DNA of 64,000 nucleotides, taken from assembly GCA_965228735.1 (NCBI GenBank), contig OZ245838.1, forward strand, positions 4,448,001 to 4,512,000. Direction: 5' to 3'. The notes beneath the pieces are model-generated. The model was not told the origin of the DNA. It saw only the letters and a list, made by a program, of their open reading frames with translations, and did no database searches. The DNA comes from Planctomycetota bacterium. Lineage in GTDB: Bacteria > Planctomycetota > UBA1135 > UBA2386. Positions 10,336 through 19,403 of the stretch are shown here, piece by piece; positions within the stretch are counted from its first letter, which is position 1, and each line of letters begins with the position of its first letter. A program made the translations under genes and the position numbers.

Positions 10336-11625
10336 CAGGCGCAGCTTGTACTGCTGGATCTTGCGATACAGCGTGGCGCGGCCGATGCCGAGCAGCTGGG
10401 CGGCGCGGCGCACGTTGCCCTTCGTCGCGCGCAGCGCGCGGGACAGCAGATACTGCTCCTCTTCGTCGAACGGCCGGATCTCGTCCTCGCCGATGTCGCG
10501 GTCGAGATCTCGTTCGGCGATCGCGGGTGCCGCGGTCGGCGCGCTGCCCGACGGCGCCGGGCGCGATGCCGCGACGTGCTCGCGATCGATCGGCGCCCCA
10601 CCGGCGAGCGCGTGAGCGCGCCGCACGACGGTCTCGAGCTGGGTCACGTTCCCGGGCCACGTCATGCTCTCGAGCAGCACGAGCGCCGCGGGCGTCAGGC
10701 CGTTCTGCGGGCGGCCGGACTGCGCCGACGCGAGTTGCAGCACGGACTCCGCGATCGCGGCGATGTCCTCGACGCGTTCCTTGAGCGCCGGGACCACGAG
10801 CGGGAACGCATTGAGCCGGTAGTAGAGGTCTTCGCGGAAGTCGCCGCGCGCGATCGCCTCGGGCAGATGCGCCGCGGTCGTGGCGATGATGCGCGCCGCG
10901 CCCGCACCGCGCGGGCCGGAGCGTTCCTTGAGGTGCTTGACGAGCACGGACTGCGCCGGGCTCGGCAGCTTGTCGACGTCCTCGAGCAACAGCGTGGTGC
11001 CGCGCGCGGCTTCGAGCTGCTCGCTCATGCCACTGGCGTCGAGGTCCGCGCTGTCGGCGATGACGGCCGGGCGGTCGGCGTTGCGGCTCTTGGTGTGGAT
11101 CATGCGGGCGGCGAGTGACTTGCCCGCGCCGGCCGGGCCCTCGATCAGCACCGTGACGTCACTGTCCGCGGCGCGGCTGATGCCGCTCTGCATCCGGCGC
11201 ACGATCGGACAGTTGCCCGCGAGGGCAGAACCGGTGTGCAGGCCTTCGACGAACTGCTCGAGCCGCCGGAGCTGCGTCGTCTGCTCACCGAGTTGCAGCG
11301 CGAGCGCGACGATCACGTCGGCGGCCTGATCGAGCGCGGTGAGCGACAACGACGCCTCCCCGTCCCCGACCGCGATGGTCGGTCCCGAGAACCCGGTCGG
11401 CGCGACCCGACCGTCAGCGTCCGCTGCCTGCAGCAGCAGATCGAAGTTCTCGCCCTCCGCGCACGCCGCGTCGAACGCCGCCACGTCGGGGAAAACCCGC
11501 GGTTCGTGCCCGTGGCCCGCCGTGGTCAGCGCGTCCGCGAGCTCCCGTCCCACGTCTTGCGCGACGATGGCGACGACGGCCTTGCCCGTCGTCGCGTCCC
11601 GATTCCCGATGAGTGCTGTCGTCAT
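10330..11625 (-). CDS. NtrC-like AAA+/Fis-HTH transcriptional regulator lacking the GAFTGA loop
   Basis: GPAGAGKS Walker A, FREDLYYRLN, WPGNV, Fis HTH (NVRRAAQLLGIGRATLYRK); degenerate receiver-like N-terminus. Start may lie up to 11739. Confidence 0.85.
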   Translation of the reverse strand: MTTALIGNRDATTGKAVVAIVAQDVGRELADALTTAGHGHEPRVFPDVAAFDAACAEGENFDLLLQAADADGRVAPTGFSGPTIAVGDGEASLSLTALDQAADVIVALALQLGEQTTQLRRLEQFVEGLHTGSALAGNCPIVRRMQSGISRAADSDVTVLIEGPAGAGKSLAARMIHTKSRNADRPAVIADSADLDASGMSEQLEAARGTTLLLEDVDKLPSPAQSVLVKHLKERSGPRGAGAARIIATTAAHLPEAIARGDFREDLYYRLNAFPLVVPALKERVEDIAAIAESVLQLASAQSGRPQNGLTPAALVLLESMTWPGNVTQLETVVRRAHALAGGAPIDREHVAASRPAPSGSAPTAAPAIAERDLDRDIGEDEIRPFDEEEQYLLSRALRATKGNVRRAAQLLGIGRATLYRKIQQYKLRLQ

Positions 11626-11888
11626 TCCCGTGATTCCCGTTCTTGGATCGGCATTCGGAACCGCCGGGATGAAGCCATGTTCGGGCCGGCGGCCGACATG
11701 CCGCGCGGCCGGGGCCGTTGCAGCGATGGCAAGGCTCACGCAATCGCCGCAGAAACCTGCGGTTCGGGGTTATCCCGCAGGGGTGTTGCCGAATGCAGCG
11801 GCCCACGGATTCCGCGGTCCGGAACCGCCGACGGCGTGGCCCAGGGGCCACCGCGCCGGGCTGCGGCATGGCGATTGCGTCGCCGCCC

Positions 11889-12045
11889 GGGGATGAAGGC
11901 GGGGGGCTGAAGGCAGGGGGATGGGCGGCGGGGGAACCGGGCTGCGCTGGGGGTCGCAGCCGGGGGCGAGCTGGGGGTCGCTGCTGGGGGCGAGTCGGGG
12001 GACTCGCAGGGGATCGCCCGGGACGCAATCGAGAGGCGGGGGAGC
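11889..12045 (+). repeat. Strand-biased G-run tract
   Basis: More than ten G4-G6 runs separated by short spacers in an intergenic region. Confidence 0.7.
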
Positions 12046-12052
12046 GATCGGG

Positions 12053-12478
12053 TCAGTCGCTGAGGCGCCGCGCGAGCTCGTCGAAGTCGATCTCTTCGAG
12101 TTCGTTCTGCGAGATCGGCGTCATGTCCTTGAACTTCCGATACTCCTCGATGCTGCTCAGCTCGACATAGTCACGCGCCGTCATCTCGTTGGAGTCGGTG
12201 ACGGCCGGGCGCTTGCGATCGGCAGTCGCACCCGGGGTGGCGCGATCGAGCGTCTGCTTCGCGCGGTTGCAGATCGCGAGCGTGTTCTCGAGGTTGGAGC
12301 GGATCTTCTGCAGGCGCTCCTCGTTCGCCCCAGGAACGTCCATGCTCTTGCTGATCTTGCCGATCGCGACTTCGAGGACCGCGATGAGGCAGTTGAGCTT
12401 GGTCGTGAGACGAGCGCGATACTCGGTCGAACTCAGCGCCTGGGGGAGGTTGGGATTGTCGTTCTTGTTCGTGTCCAT
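12053..12478 (-). CDS. Hypothetical helical protein (141 aa)
   Basis: AGGAG RBS before ATG 12478, normal codon usage, non-shadow amino-acid composition. Confidence 0.85.
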   Translation of the reverse strand: MDTNKNDNPNLPQALSSTEYRARLTTKLNCLIAVLEVAIGKISKSMDVPGANEERLQKIRSNLENTLAICNRAKQTLDRATPGATADRKRPAVTDSNEMTARDYVELSSIEEYRKFKDMTPISQNELEEIDFDELARRLSD

Positions 12479-12507
12479 CGCGGAAATGCTCCTGTCGCCA
12501 GTGGTGG

Positions 12508-12524
12508 AGCACGCGACGTGCCAG
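12508..12524 (-). promoter_or_regulatory. Sigma-54 (-24/-12) promoter
   Basis: CTGGCACGTCGCGTGCT has GG-N10-GC spacing and a TGGCACG -24 element, about 30 nt upstream of ATG 12478. Confidence 0.7.
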
Positions 12525-12733
12525 GTGCCGGCAGCGCAGCATCGCGGCCATGTCATGGGCCGCTACGGTTTTGGCGCGATGAGCCTACACCCCGGCGCCG
12601 TCGCTTCGATGGGACCCCGGGGTCCGAGCCACAAGACTTCGTCCGATTCGCGCGACCGTTCGTCGGCACCCGGCCAGCCCGCCGCGGCGTTTCAGGGGCG
12701 CGGACTTTCGATGCGAACTTCCGCGACTGACCA

Positions 12734-13843
12734 CTAGCCGCCGGCTATCGACTGCCGGTAGATCTCGCGCGCGAAGTCGTCGAGGCGCCGCAGCGCACCC
12801 CGGCCCGCAACCTGGAAGGACACGCCGTCGTTCCAGAACAGCAGCACGCTCATCGCCGGATCGCGATACCGCGCGATCGTGTGCGACGGGTCGCGCTTGT
12901 CGCGCACCGGCAGGCCGCGGAACGGGTCGCCGTTCGGCGTCTCCAACAGGAAGAACGCGTCGATCCCGTCCGTGTAGGTCAGGACCAGCGACTGCCGGTT
13001 GTTGAGCGCGCTCGTCCGCAGCTCGACGCGGTCGAGGCCGTACTCGGCCGTCGCGTCACTCGGCTCGAAGACGTTGCTCGGGAACGTCATCGCCAACCGC
13101 GCCGCGTGGAAGCTGGCCATGACCACGGTCGTCACGGCGGAGTTGGTCGCGGGGCTCGTGATCACGGCGCCGGGCTGCCACGCGATCGTCTCGACCTCGG
13201 ACAGCATCCGCATGTGCGCGTCGTATTCGGCGACGTAGAGCGGCAGTTGCGTCTGACGGTCGACCTCGAGCAGCCAGATCGCCTTGTCGAACGTCCGCGG
13301 GTAGACCACGACGCGCTGCACGGCGCGGCCGATGCGCGTCGTGGTGCCGAAGTGGTGCAGCGTGTAGTTGGCCCGGGCCCGGCCGAGGTCACGCACGCGG
13401 AACGAACCGTGCCCGACGAACAGATGGCCGTAGTCGTCGTAGCTCTGCGACCACTTCAGCCACGCCGGCGAACCCTGCGGCTCGCCCTCGACGGCGAGGA
13501 ACTGCAGTTCGAAGTCCGGCTCGCTGGTCCCGTTCGCCCGCACCCGGAGCTCTTCCCGAACCGTGGTGACGTTGCCGGGTCCGCCGGTGGCGGAGTCGAA
13601 GAACCGCCGCAGCTGCACGGCCGTGTAGTTCTGCACCCGGGCCGCTTGCGTCAGCGAGTAGAACGTCGCATTGCCGCCGGCCTTCGGCGATACACCACCG
13701 GACGGTCCTACGTTCGACCCGGACACTCCGGACGTCTGCCCCACGGCCGTAGCCGCGAGACCGACCCCGCATGCGATCGCCATCGTCAACGCGACGAAGG
13801 ATCGGCGGGCGGCGCCGAGGTTCAGGGCAGTGGAACGAGGCAT
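12734..13843 (-). CDS. MucB/RseB-family periplasmic sigma-E regulatory protein
   Basis: Signal peptide; NY.L...TRIGR, VD.QT.LPL and LTYTDGI motifs; third gene of a sigma/anti-sigma operon. Confidence 0.75.
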   Translation of the reverse strand: MPRSTALNLGAARRSFVALTMAIACGVGLAATAVGQTSGVSGSNVGPSGGVSPKAGGNATFYSLTQAARVQNYTAVQLRRFFDSATGGPGNVTTVREELRVRANGTSEPDFELQFLAVEGEPQGSPAWLKWSQSYDDYGHLFVGHGSFRVRDLGRARANYTLHHFGTTTRIGRAVQRVVVYPRTFDKAIWLLEVDRQTQLPLYVAEYDAHMRMLSEVETIAWQPGAVITSPATNSAVTTVVMASFHAARLAMTFPSNVFEPSDATAEYGLDRVELRTSALNNRQSLVLTYTDGIDAFFLLETPNGDPFRGLPVRDKRDPSHTIARYRDPAMSVLLFWNDGVSFQVAGRGALRRLDDFAREIYRQSIAGG

Positions 13844-13990
13844 GACGGACGTGACGACGGAACGAGCGAGACGGGCAGGGGAAACGCTACCGTGGCGGGA
13901 GCGTGAACGACAGGTGCCGGCGTGTCAGGGTCCGGTCGACAGGCAAACGACCGGATTGCGAAACGCCGGGTTGGAAAACACGCGGACCCG

Positions 13991-14734
13991 TCATTCTCCA
14001 CCTCCGCGCCGTACGGCACGTATCGGGGAGAACTCGACGCCGGACAGGGACGTCAGGTCCGCGAAGACGATTTCGGGCTCCACTGGCGGCGGGCCGCGCC
14101 GCCCGGGATCGCGTTCCCGCGGCAGGTTGTCGCCGACGAGGACCACGTAGAGCAGCGCCGCGGCCGCCAGGCCACCCGCAGCGGCCATCGCGCCGGCACG
14201 CGCTCGTGCGCTCCGCCCGCTGGCCGCACCGGCTGCAGGCGCAGCATCGGCGGCCGCGGGACGCGCGAACACCGCGTCCCGGATCTCGCGCCATTCGGGA
14301 GCGGCACCCCGGCCGGGCGCCTGGCGCAGCCGTTCGGCGAGGTCGGCCGACAGGTCGACGGCGACGCCGTCGTCGCCACCCCCGATCGAGGCCGAATCGA
14401 CTGCTGCCAACTCATGCGGGGCCACCTCACGCGCGGCCGTCTCGCTCGCGAACGTGTCGGCGACGGCCTGCCCGAGCGGTGCTTCCTCGCACTGCTCGAC
14501 GAGCCGCTCCCGCACGGCATCGAGCAACGCCGCGGCCCGCAACTCGGACAGCGGCGCCACGGGCTCGCGCAACGCCGACTGCAGCCGCTCACGCCCGCGC
14601 AACCACTCCGCGCAGAACGCACAGTCGGCCGCGTGACGCCGGATCGCGTCGGCGAGAGGCTGACCCCCGCTCCGCAGCATGGCGCGGCAAGCGGGAGTCA
14701 GGCGGGTTTCCCCCGGGTTCGGCGCACCGGTCAT
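13991..14734 (-). CDS. Zinc-binding (ZAS) membrane anti-sigma factor
   Basis: HAADCAFC = Hx3Cx2C motif, single TM near the C-terminus, ATGA overlap with the ECF sigma gene. Confidence 0.8.
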   Translation of the reverse strand: MTGAPNPGETRLTPACRAMLRSGGQPLADAIRRHAADCAFCAEWLRGRERLQSALREPVAPLSELRAAALLDAVRERLVEQCEEAPLGQAVADTFASETAAREVAPHELAAVDSASIGGGDDGVAVDLSADLAERLRQAPGRGAAPEWREIRDAVFARPAAADAAPAAGAASGRSARARAGAMAAAGGLAAAALLYVVLVGDNLPRERDPGRRGPPPVEPEIVFADLTSLSGVEFSPIRAVRRGGGE

Positions 14735-15357
14735 CCGGCACCTCCACCCAGGGAATCGATGGCCGCGTCGCTCAGGTTCAGATGCGGGAAGCGGGTCCGA
14801 ACGAGGTTTTCGAGAGCGAGGTGGGCACGCGCAAGGCGTGATTTGACGGTTCCGAGCGAGAGCCCGAGCGTCGCGGCCAATTCGTCGTACGACATCTCCT
14901 CGAGGTAGCGCAGCGCGAGGATGACGCGCAGCTTGGGGCTGAGCATCGAGATCGCGAGCTGCACCTGATCCCCGAGTTCGCGCACCTCCGCGGAGGCACC
15001 CGGACTCTGCGTGTCGTCCTCGGGCTCGCGACCGAGGTCGGCGGTCTCGAGCGACAGCGCCGGTCGCGCGCCTTCACGGCGGCGGTGGTCGATGCTGCAG
15101 TTGACGACGATGCGGAACAGCCAGGTGCTGAAGCGGGCGCCGCCGCGGAAGTTCTGCAGCTTCCGGAACACGAGCGCGAACGCTTCCTGGAGGACGTCGT
15201 GCGCATCACTGGCCGAGCCGGTAATGCGGAACGCGATGGCGTGGACCCGATCGCGATAGCGCGTGAAGAGCTCTTCGAACGCGGCTTCGAACCCGTCGCT
15301 CTCCGGCTGCCGGCAGGCGGCAACGAGATCGGCATCGGGGTCGCGCAAAAGTTCCAC
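14731..15357 (-). CDS. ECF sigma factor (RpoE/SigW-like)
   Basis: Region 2 (DVLQEAF...FSTWLFRIVVN) and region 4 (MSYDELAATLGLSLGTVKSRLARA). Confidence 0.95.
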   Translation of the reverse strand: MELLRDPDADLVAACRQPESDGFEAAFEELFTRYRDRVHAIAFRITGSASDAHDVLQEAFALVFRKLQNFRGGARFSTWLFRIVVNCSIDHRRREGARPALSLETADLGREPEDDTQSPGASAEVRELGDQVQLAISMLSPKLRVILALRYLEEMSYDELAATLGLSLGTVKSRLARAHLALENLVRTRFPHLNLSDAAIDSLGGGAG

Positions 15358-15361
15358 GGTT

Positions 15362-15391
15362 TACAGACGGCCCGGGCGCCTCACGGGTTCC
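15362..15391 (-). promoter_or_regulatory. Putative autoregulatory ECF promoter
   Basis: GGAAC-N17-CGTCTGTA immediately before the GTG start of the sigma gene. Confidence 0.65.
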
Positions 15392-15628
15392 GCGGAATCT
15401 GGCCCACGGGAGAATCAATCCACATCCGTAACTTCCTTCTCTTCATCAGCTTCGGATGGCGGCTACGGCTTTTCCCGAGATTCCGGGCGCGCGCCGTGCG
15501 GATTCGCCCGGCGAGCCGCGAGACCGTTCGGTAGTCTCGCTGCCGGCGCGTGAGACGGCGCGCCGGGCCGGCCACACCTTGGCGACACCGGGGGCGATCC
15601 CGCGGGCCGACCCAGGTGGCGGGGCGGG

Positions 15629-16636
15629 CTAGAGCGGCCCGCCCGGCACGAGCAGGAACGTGCCGATCGACGCCAGGCACGTGGGCCCGCATTCCATGTC
15701 GTTGCAGTCCTCGCAGTCGGCATCGACGACCTCGTAGAGCGATCCACCCTGACCCTGCGCGCTGAGCTCGAGGACGAGCTCACACACCTTGTTCGAGGTC
15801 GGAAAGTTCATCGGCACCGGGCCGATGCTCTGCAGCACGTGCGAGTGCTGCCGGAACGGCACCAGCGCACACGTCACGCCGCCCACGTCGAGCAGCCGGA
15901 TGTCCGTCTGCACCACGTTGCCGCCGATCCCGGCCTGCGCGTGAATCGAACACGGCAGGAACGACTGCATGAACTGCGGCGAGAGCATCGGAATCGCGAG
16001 ATGCAGCCACGTCCCCTGCATCGCGGTCGGGCGCTCGGTGATCCGGACGCCCTGGAACGCGAGCACGTTCAGCGGGATGTGCAGACCCGGATACGCCGGC
16101 AGTTCGATCCACGACTGGAACGTCTGGATCAGGTTCGTCGTGCCGCCGACGAAGCGGAAGAACAGGTGCAGCGTCGTCGGATCGTGCTGCCGCCCCGGCC
16201 CCGGGCCGGTCATCACGGCCCGCATCTCGTGATCGAGCGGCAACGGCGCGCCGGCCGTTCGCGGCGCCCCGTACTGGACGGCCTCGACGAAATCGCTGAC
16301 GCCGTCCGCGTCCGTGTCGACGCTGTTGGGGTTCGTCATCAGCACCCACTCGACGCTGTCCGGCAGGAAGTCGCCGTCGCTGTCGGCCAGGTTGTCCTCG
16401 CCGCTCGCATGCAGCAAACGCGCGTTCGCGGCGCCGGCCGCATCATGCGGCGTCCCGTTCCTCGCCCCGTTGGAGCTCACTCCGAGCGCACTCGAACCGA
16501 AGTCGGCGCACCACATGCCCGCCGCGAGCAACGCGAGAATCGCGGTCGCGGTGGCGGTCGTCGTGAGGGGGTGGACGCGTGTCAAGTTCTGGCGGTGTCG
16601 AGGGGTCGACGCCGGGGAAGCGGGAGCGCTCTGCAT
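15629..16636 (-). CDS. Exported hypothetical protein with DxDxDG Ca-binding (TSP3-like) repeats and Cys-rich C-terminus
   Basis: DSDGDFLPD and DTDADGVSD; C-terminal CEDCNDMECGPTC; hydrophobic N-terminal segment. Start is uncertain. Confidence 0.7.
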   Translation of the reverse strand: MQSAPASPASTPRHRQNLTRVHPLTTTATATAILALLAAGMWCADFGSSALGVSSNGARNGTPHDAAGAANARLLHASGEDNLADSDGDFLPDSVEWVLMTNPNSVDTDADGVSDFVEAVQYGAPRTAGAPLPLDHEMRAVMTGPGPGRQHDPTTLHLFFRFVGGTTNLIQTFQSWIELPAYPGLHIPLNVLAFQGVRITERPTAMQGTWLHLAIPMLSPQFMQSFLPCSIHAQAGIGGNVVQTDIRLLDVGGVTCALVPFRQHSHVLQSIGPVPMNFPTSNKVCELVLELSAQGQGGSLYEVVDADCEDCNDMECGPTCLASIGTFLLVPGGPL

Positions 16637-16871
16637 GATAGCGCTGAGCGCGGTGGAAGTTTCATGCCTGTCCGGTTGCCGCCACGCACGTGGGTTCACC
16701 AGGGGGACACGGCAGCCGGAACGACAGGATATTGAACCCCAACCGCGCTCGGCTGGCAACCTCGGCACCCGCGGGAACGCCCGGAATCGTGCCTCGACCA
16801 CCGCGAAACGGCGCCGATTCGCGCGTGCAGTTGTGTTTCGGCCGAAGGCCCGATAAGACCGGGCTCGGCGA

Positions 16872-16948
16872 GCGCCCGTAGCTCAGCTGGATAGAGCGAC
16901 GGCCTCCGGAGCCGTAGGTCAGAGGTTCGAATCCTCTCGGGCGTGCCA
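16872..16948 (+). tRNA. tRNA-Arg (anticodon CCG)
   Basis: GCGCCCG acceptor stem, D-arm TAGCTCAGCTGGATAGAGC, anticodon arm ACGGC-CTCCGGA-GCCGT, T-arm GGTTCGAATCC, encoded CCA. Confidence 0.97.
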
Positions 16949-17120
16949 CTCGTGGGGTCTGCCGCGAGTTCGGCGGGCGGTCCGTCAGGCGCATCCGCCC
17001 GACCGGATTCGATGGGCGTATCGTGGTGCAATGCGCTCGAGCGCATACGCCGAACGCTCCGCGACCGTAGCGAACCGCCTCCAGCGAGGACCCAGCCCAA
17101 GCCCGACCTGGCAGCGCCCA

Positions 17121-17217
17121 GCCCAGACAACGCCGCCCAGACAACGCCGCCCAGTCAACGCAGCCCAGACAACGCCGACCGGTCAACGCAGTCCAGTCAA
17201 CCCAGACCGGCAACCCA
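17121..17217. repeat. About 7 x 14-bp degenerate tandem repeat (gcccagacaacgcc)
   Basis: Units start at 17121, 17135, 17149, 17163, 17177, 17191 and 17205. Confidence 0.85.
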
Positions 17218-17227
17218 GAACACGCCC

Positions 17228-19060
17228 ATGTCGACCGCCGTTCCCGCGTTGGATTTCTTCGTCGACGCGCGTCGCCCGGCCGCGCGCACCCTCGACGTGG
17301 TGCTCGAGTTCGACCGCGACGCGCTGGGGCCGGCCGCGGGCGGGACGGCGGTCGACGAGAACGTGGTCGACGAGAACGCGGTCGAGCTGTTCCTCGCGGT
17401 CTGGACCCCGGGCAGCTACCTGGTGCGCGAGTACGCGCGGCAGCTCTCGCGCGTCGAAGCCGAAGATGCCAACACCGGCGCCCCGCTCGCGATCGCCAAG
17501 ACGACGAAGAATCGTTGGCGGATCGACGCTGCCGGCGCGGCAACGCGGATCCGGGTGCGCTACTCGGTCTACGCCCACGAACTCACGGTGCGAACCGCCG
17601 ATGTCACCGCCGCGCACGCCTACTGGAACCAGGCGTGCGTGCTGCTATGGCCCGTCGATCGCCCGGCCCTCCCCGCCCGCCTGGCCGTCGCGATGCCGGA
17701 CGGCTGGGACGCCGAGTGCGCGCTGCTCGCCACCAAGCCGCCGGCCGGCAGCGACGCTACCGTCGCGTGGTCGATCCGCGATCTCGACGAGGCGATCGAC
17801 AGCCCGTGCCTGCTCGGCGCGTTCGATCGGCTCGAGTTCGAAGCGCGCGGCGTCCGCCACGTAGTCGCCCTCGACGGCCTCGACGGCATCCGGCCACCGG
17901 CGCGGTTCGTCGCCGACCTCACCGCGATCGTCGACGCCGCCGCCAACGTCTTCGGCGGTGCGCTGCCGTACGACGACTACGCGTTCCTCTGCCTGTTCAC
18001 CGATCGCGGCTACGGCGGCCTCGAGCACAACAACTCGTGCACGCTGCTCATGGACCGGACCGCGTTCGGTCCGCGGAGCAGCAGTCAGTACCGCCAGTTC
18101 CTCGGGCTCTGCGCGCACGAGCTGTTTCACGTCTGGAACGTCAAGCGCATGCGGCCGAGCGAGCTCTGGGAGTTCGACTACGAGAACGAGAACTACACGC
18201 GCATGCTCTGGCTCGCCGAGGGCTGGACCGCGTACTACGACGATCTGCTCGTCCGGCGCGCCGGCTGCGTCGCCGTCGAGCACTACCTCGCGGTCGTCGA
18301 ACGCAACATCGAGCGCGTCCTCGCCAACCCGGGCCGCCAGGCGCTGTCGCTCGCCGAATCGAGCTTCGACGCGTGGATCCGGCTCTATCGTCCCGACGAG
18401 AACACCCGCAACTCCTCGCAGAACTACTACGTCAACGGCGCCGTCGCCGCCATGTGCCTCGACCTAGCGATCCGCCGTCGTTCGGCCGGCGAACGCAGCC
18501 TCGACGACGTCCTGCGCCGACTCTGGCACACGTTCGAGGCCGGCCGCGGTTACGAGCTCGCCGACGTGGAAGCCGCCATCGCGGCAGTCGCGGGGCCCGA
18601 CGAAGTCGAGCTGCTGCGAGAGCTGACGCAGGGTCCCCTCGATCCGCCGTGCGTGGAGGCGCTCGCGGCGATCGGGATCACGTGCGCGATCGATCGCGGC
18701 AGCAAGCCGCAGCTCGGCGTCACGTTCAAGGCCAACACGACCGAGCTCGCGAGCATCACCGACGACACGCCGGCCGCGCGCGCCGGCCTGCACCCGGGTG
18801 ACGAGATCATCGGCATGGCGGGTCTGCGCACGACGAGCGGGCTCTGGCGCGACGTGTTCGCGGCCGTCGCGCGCGTCGGCGAACCACTGACCCTGACGAT
18901 CGCGCGCCGCGGCGTGCTGCAGGAGCTCGTGGTCACGCCCGAACCAACGACCGCGAAGGTCGGGCTCGAACTCGCGGCCGATGCGACGCCAGAACAGGTC
19001 GCCCTACGCGACGGCTGGCTGTGCACCGCGATCAAGACGCGGTCGGACGACGACATGTGA
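17228..19060 (+). CDS. M61 family glycyl aminopeptidase with PDZ domain
   Basis: WTPGSY, GGLEH, AHELFHVWNVKRMRP, LWLAEGWTAYY; C-terminal PDZ (AGLHPGDEI). Confidence 0.93.
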   Translation: MSTAVPALDFFVDARRPAARTLDVVLEFDRDALGPAAGGTAVDENVVDENAVELFLAVWTPGSYLVREYARQLSRVEAEDANTGAPLAIAKTTKNRWRIDAAGAATRIRVRYSVYAHELTVRTADVTAAHAYWNQACVLLWPVDRPALPARLAVAMPDGWDAECALLATKPPAGSDATVAWSIRDLDEAIDSPCLLGAFDRLEFEARGVRHVVALDGLDGIRPPARFVADLTAIVDAAANVFGGALPYDDYAFLCLFTDRGYGGLEHNNSCTLLMDRTAFGPRSSSQYRQFLGLCAHELFHVWNVKRMRPSELWEFDYENENYTRMLWLAEGWTAYYDDLLVRRAGCVAVEHYLAVVERNIERVLANPGRQALSLAESSFDAWIRLYRPDENTRNSSQNYYVNGAVAAMCLDLAIRRRSAGERSLDDVLRRLWHTFEAGRGYELADVEAAIAAVAGPDEVELLRELTQGPLDPPCVEALAAIGITCAIDRGSKPQLGVTFKANTTELASITDDTPAARAGLHPGDEIIGMAGLRTTSGLWRDVFAAVARVGEPLTLTIARRGVLQELVVTPEPTTAKVGLELAADATPEQVALRDGWLCTAIKTRSDDDM

Positions 19061-19076
19061 ACATGGTTCGGTATGT

Positions 19077-19331
19077 TCACTCCGAGGGCAGGCTGGAGTG
19101 GGTGCCGTCGCAGAACGGGGCATTGCCAGTCGCGCCGCACGCGCACCACACGACGGTCTGGTCCTTCTCGAGCACGACTTTGAGCGGAGTCGTGTCCGTA
19201 CCGCGATGGGTACCGTCGCACAGTGGGTAGCTCGCACTGCTGCCGCACCGGCACCACGCGTGCTTGCCGGCCGCGCAGCGCATCACGAACGGGCCGCGTT
19301 GGCGCCGGCCCGGCGGTTCTTGATCGACCAT
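19077..19331 (-). CDS. CDGSH iron-sulfur (NEET/MiNT-like) protein, two domains
   Basis: WCRCGSSASYPLCDGTH and WCACGATGNAPFCDGTH. Confidence 0.92.
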   Translation of the reverse strand: MVDQEPPGRRQRGPFVMRCAAGKHAWCRCGSSASYPLCDGTHRGTDTTPLKVVLEKDQTVVWCACGATGNAPFCDGTHSSLPSE

Positions 19332-19403
19332 GACAGCGTTGGCGTCAGACGGACACGGGGATCGTTGAGCAACAACCCCGAGGCGGGGCGCCGAACCGCA
19401 CCG

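Noticed and set aside
17121..17217. CRISPR array
   Set aside because: Units are 14 bp and contiguous with no unique spacers, and no cas genes are present.
16872..17230. tRNA-anchored genomic island or prophage
   Set aside because: No integrase, no duplicated tRNA 3' end seen, and no compositional shift in flanking genes.
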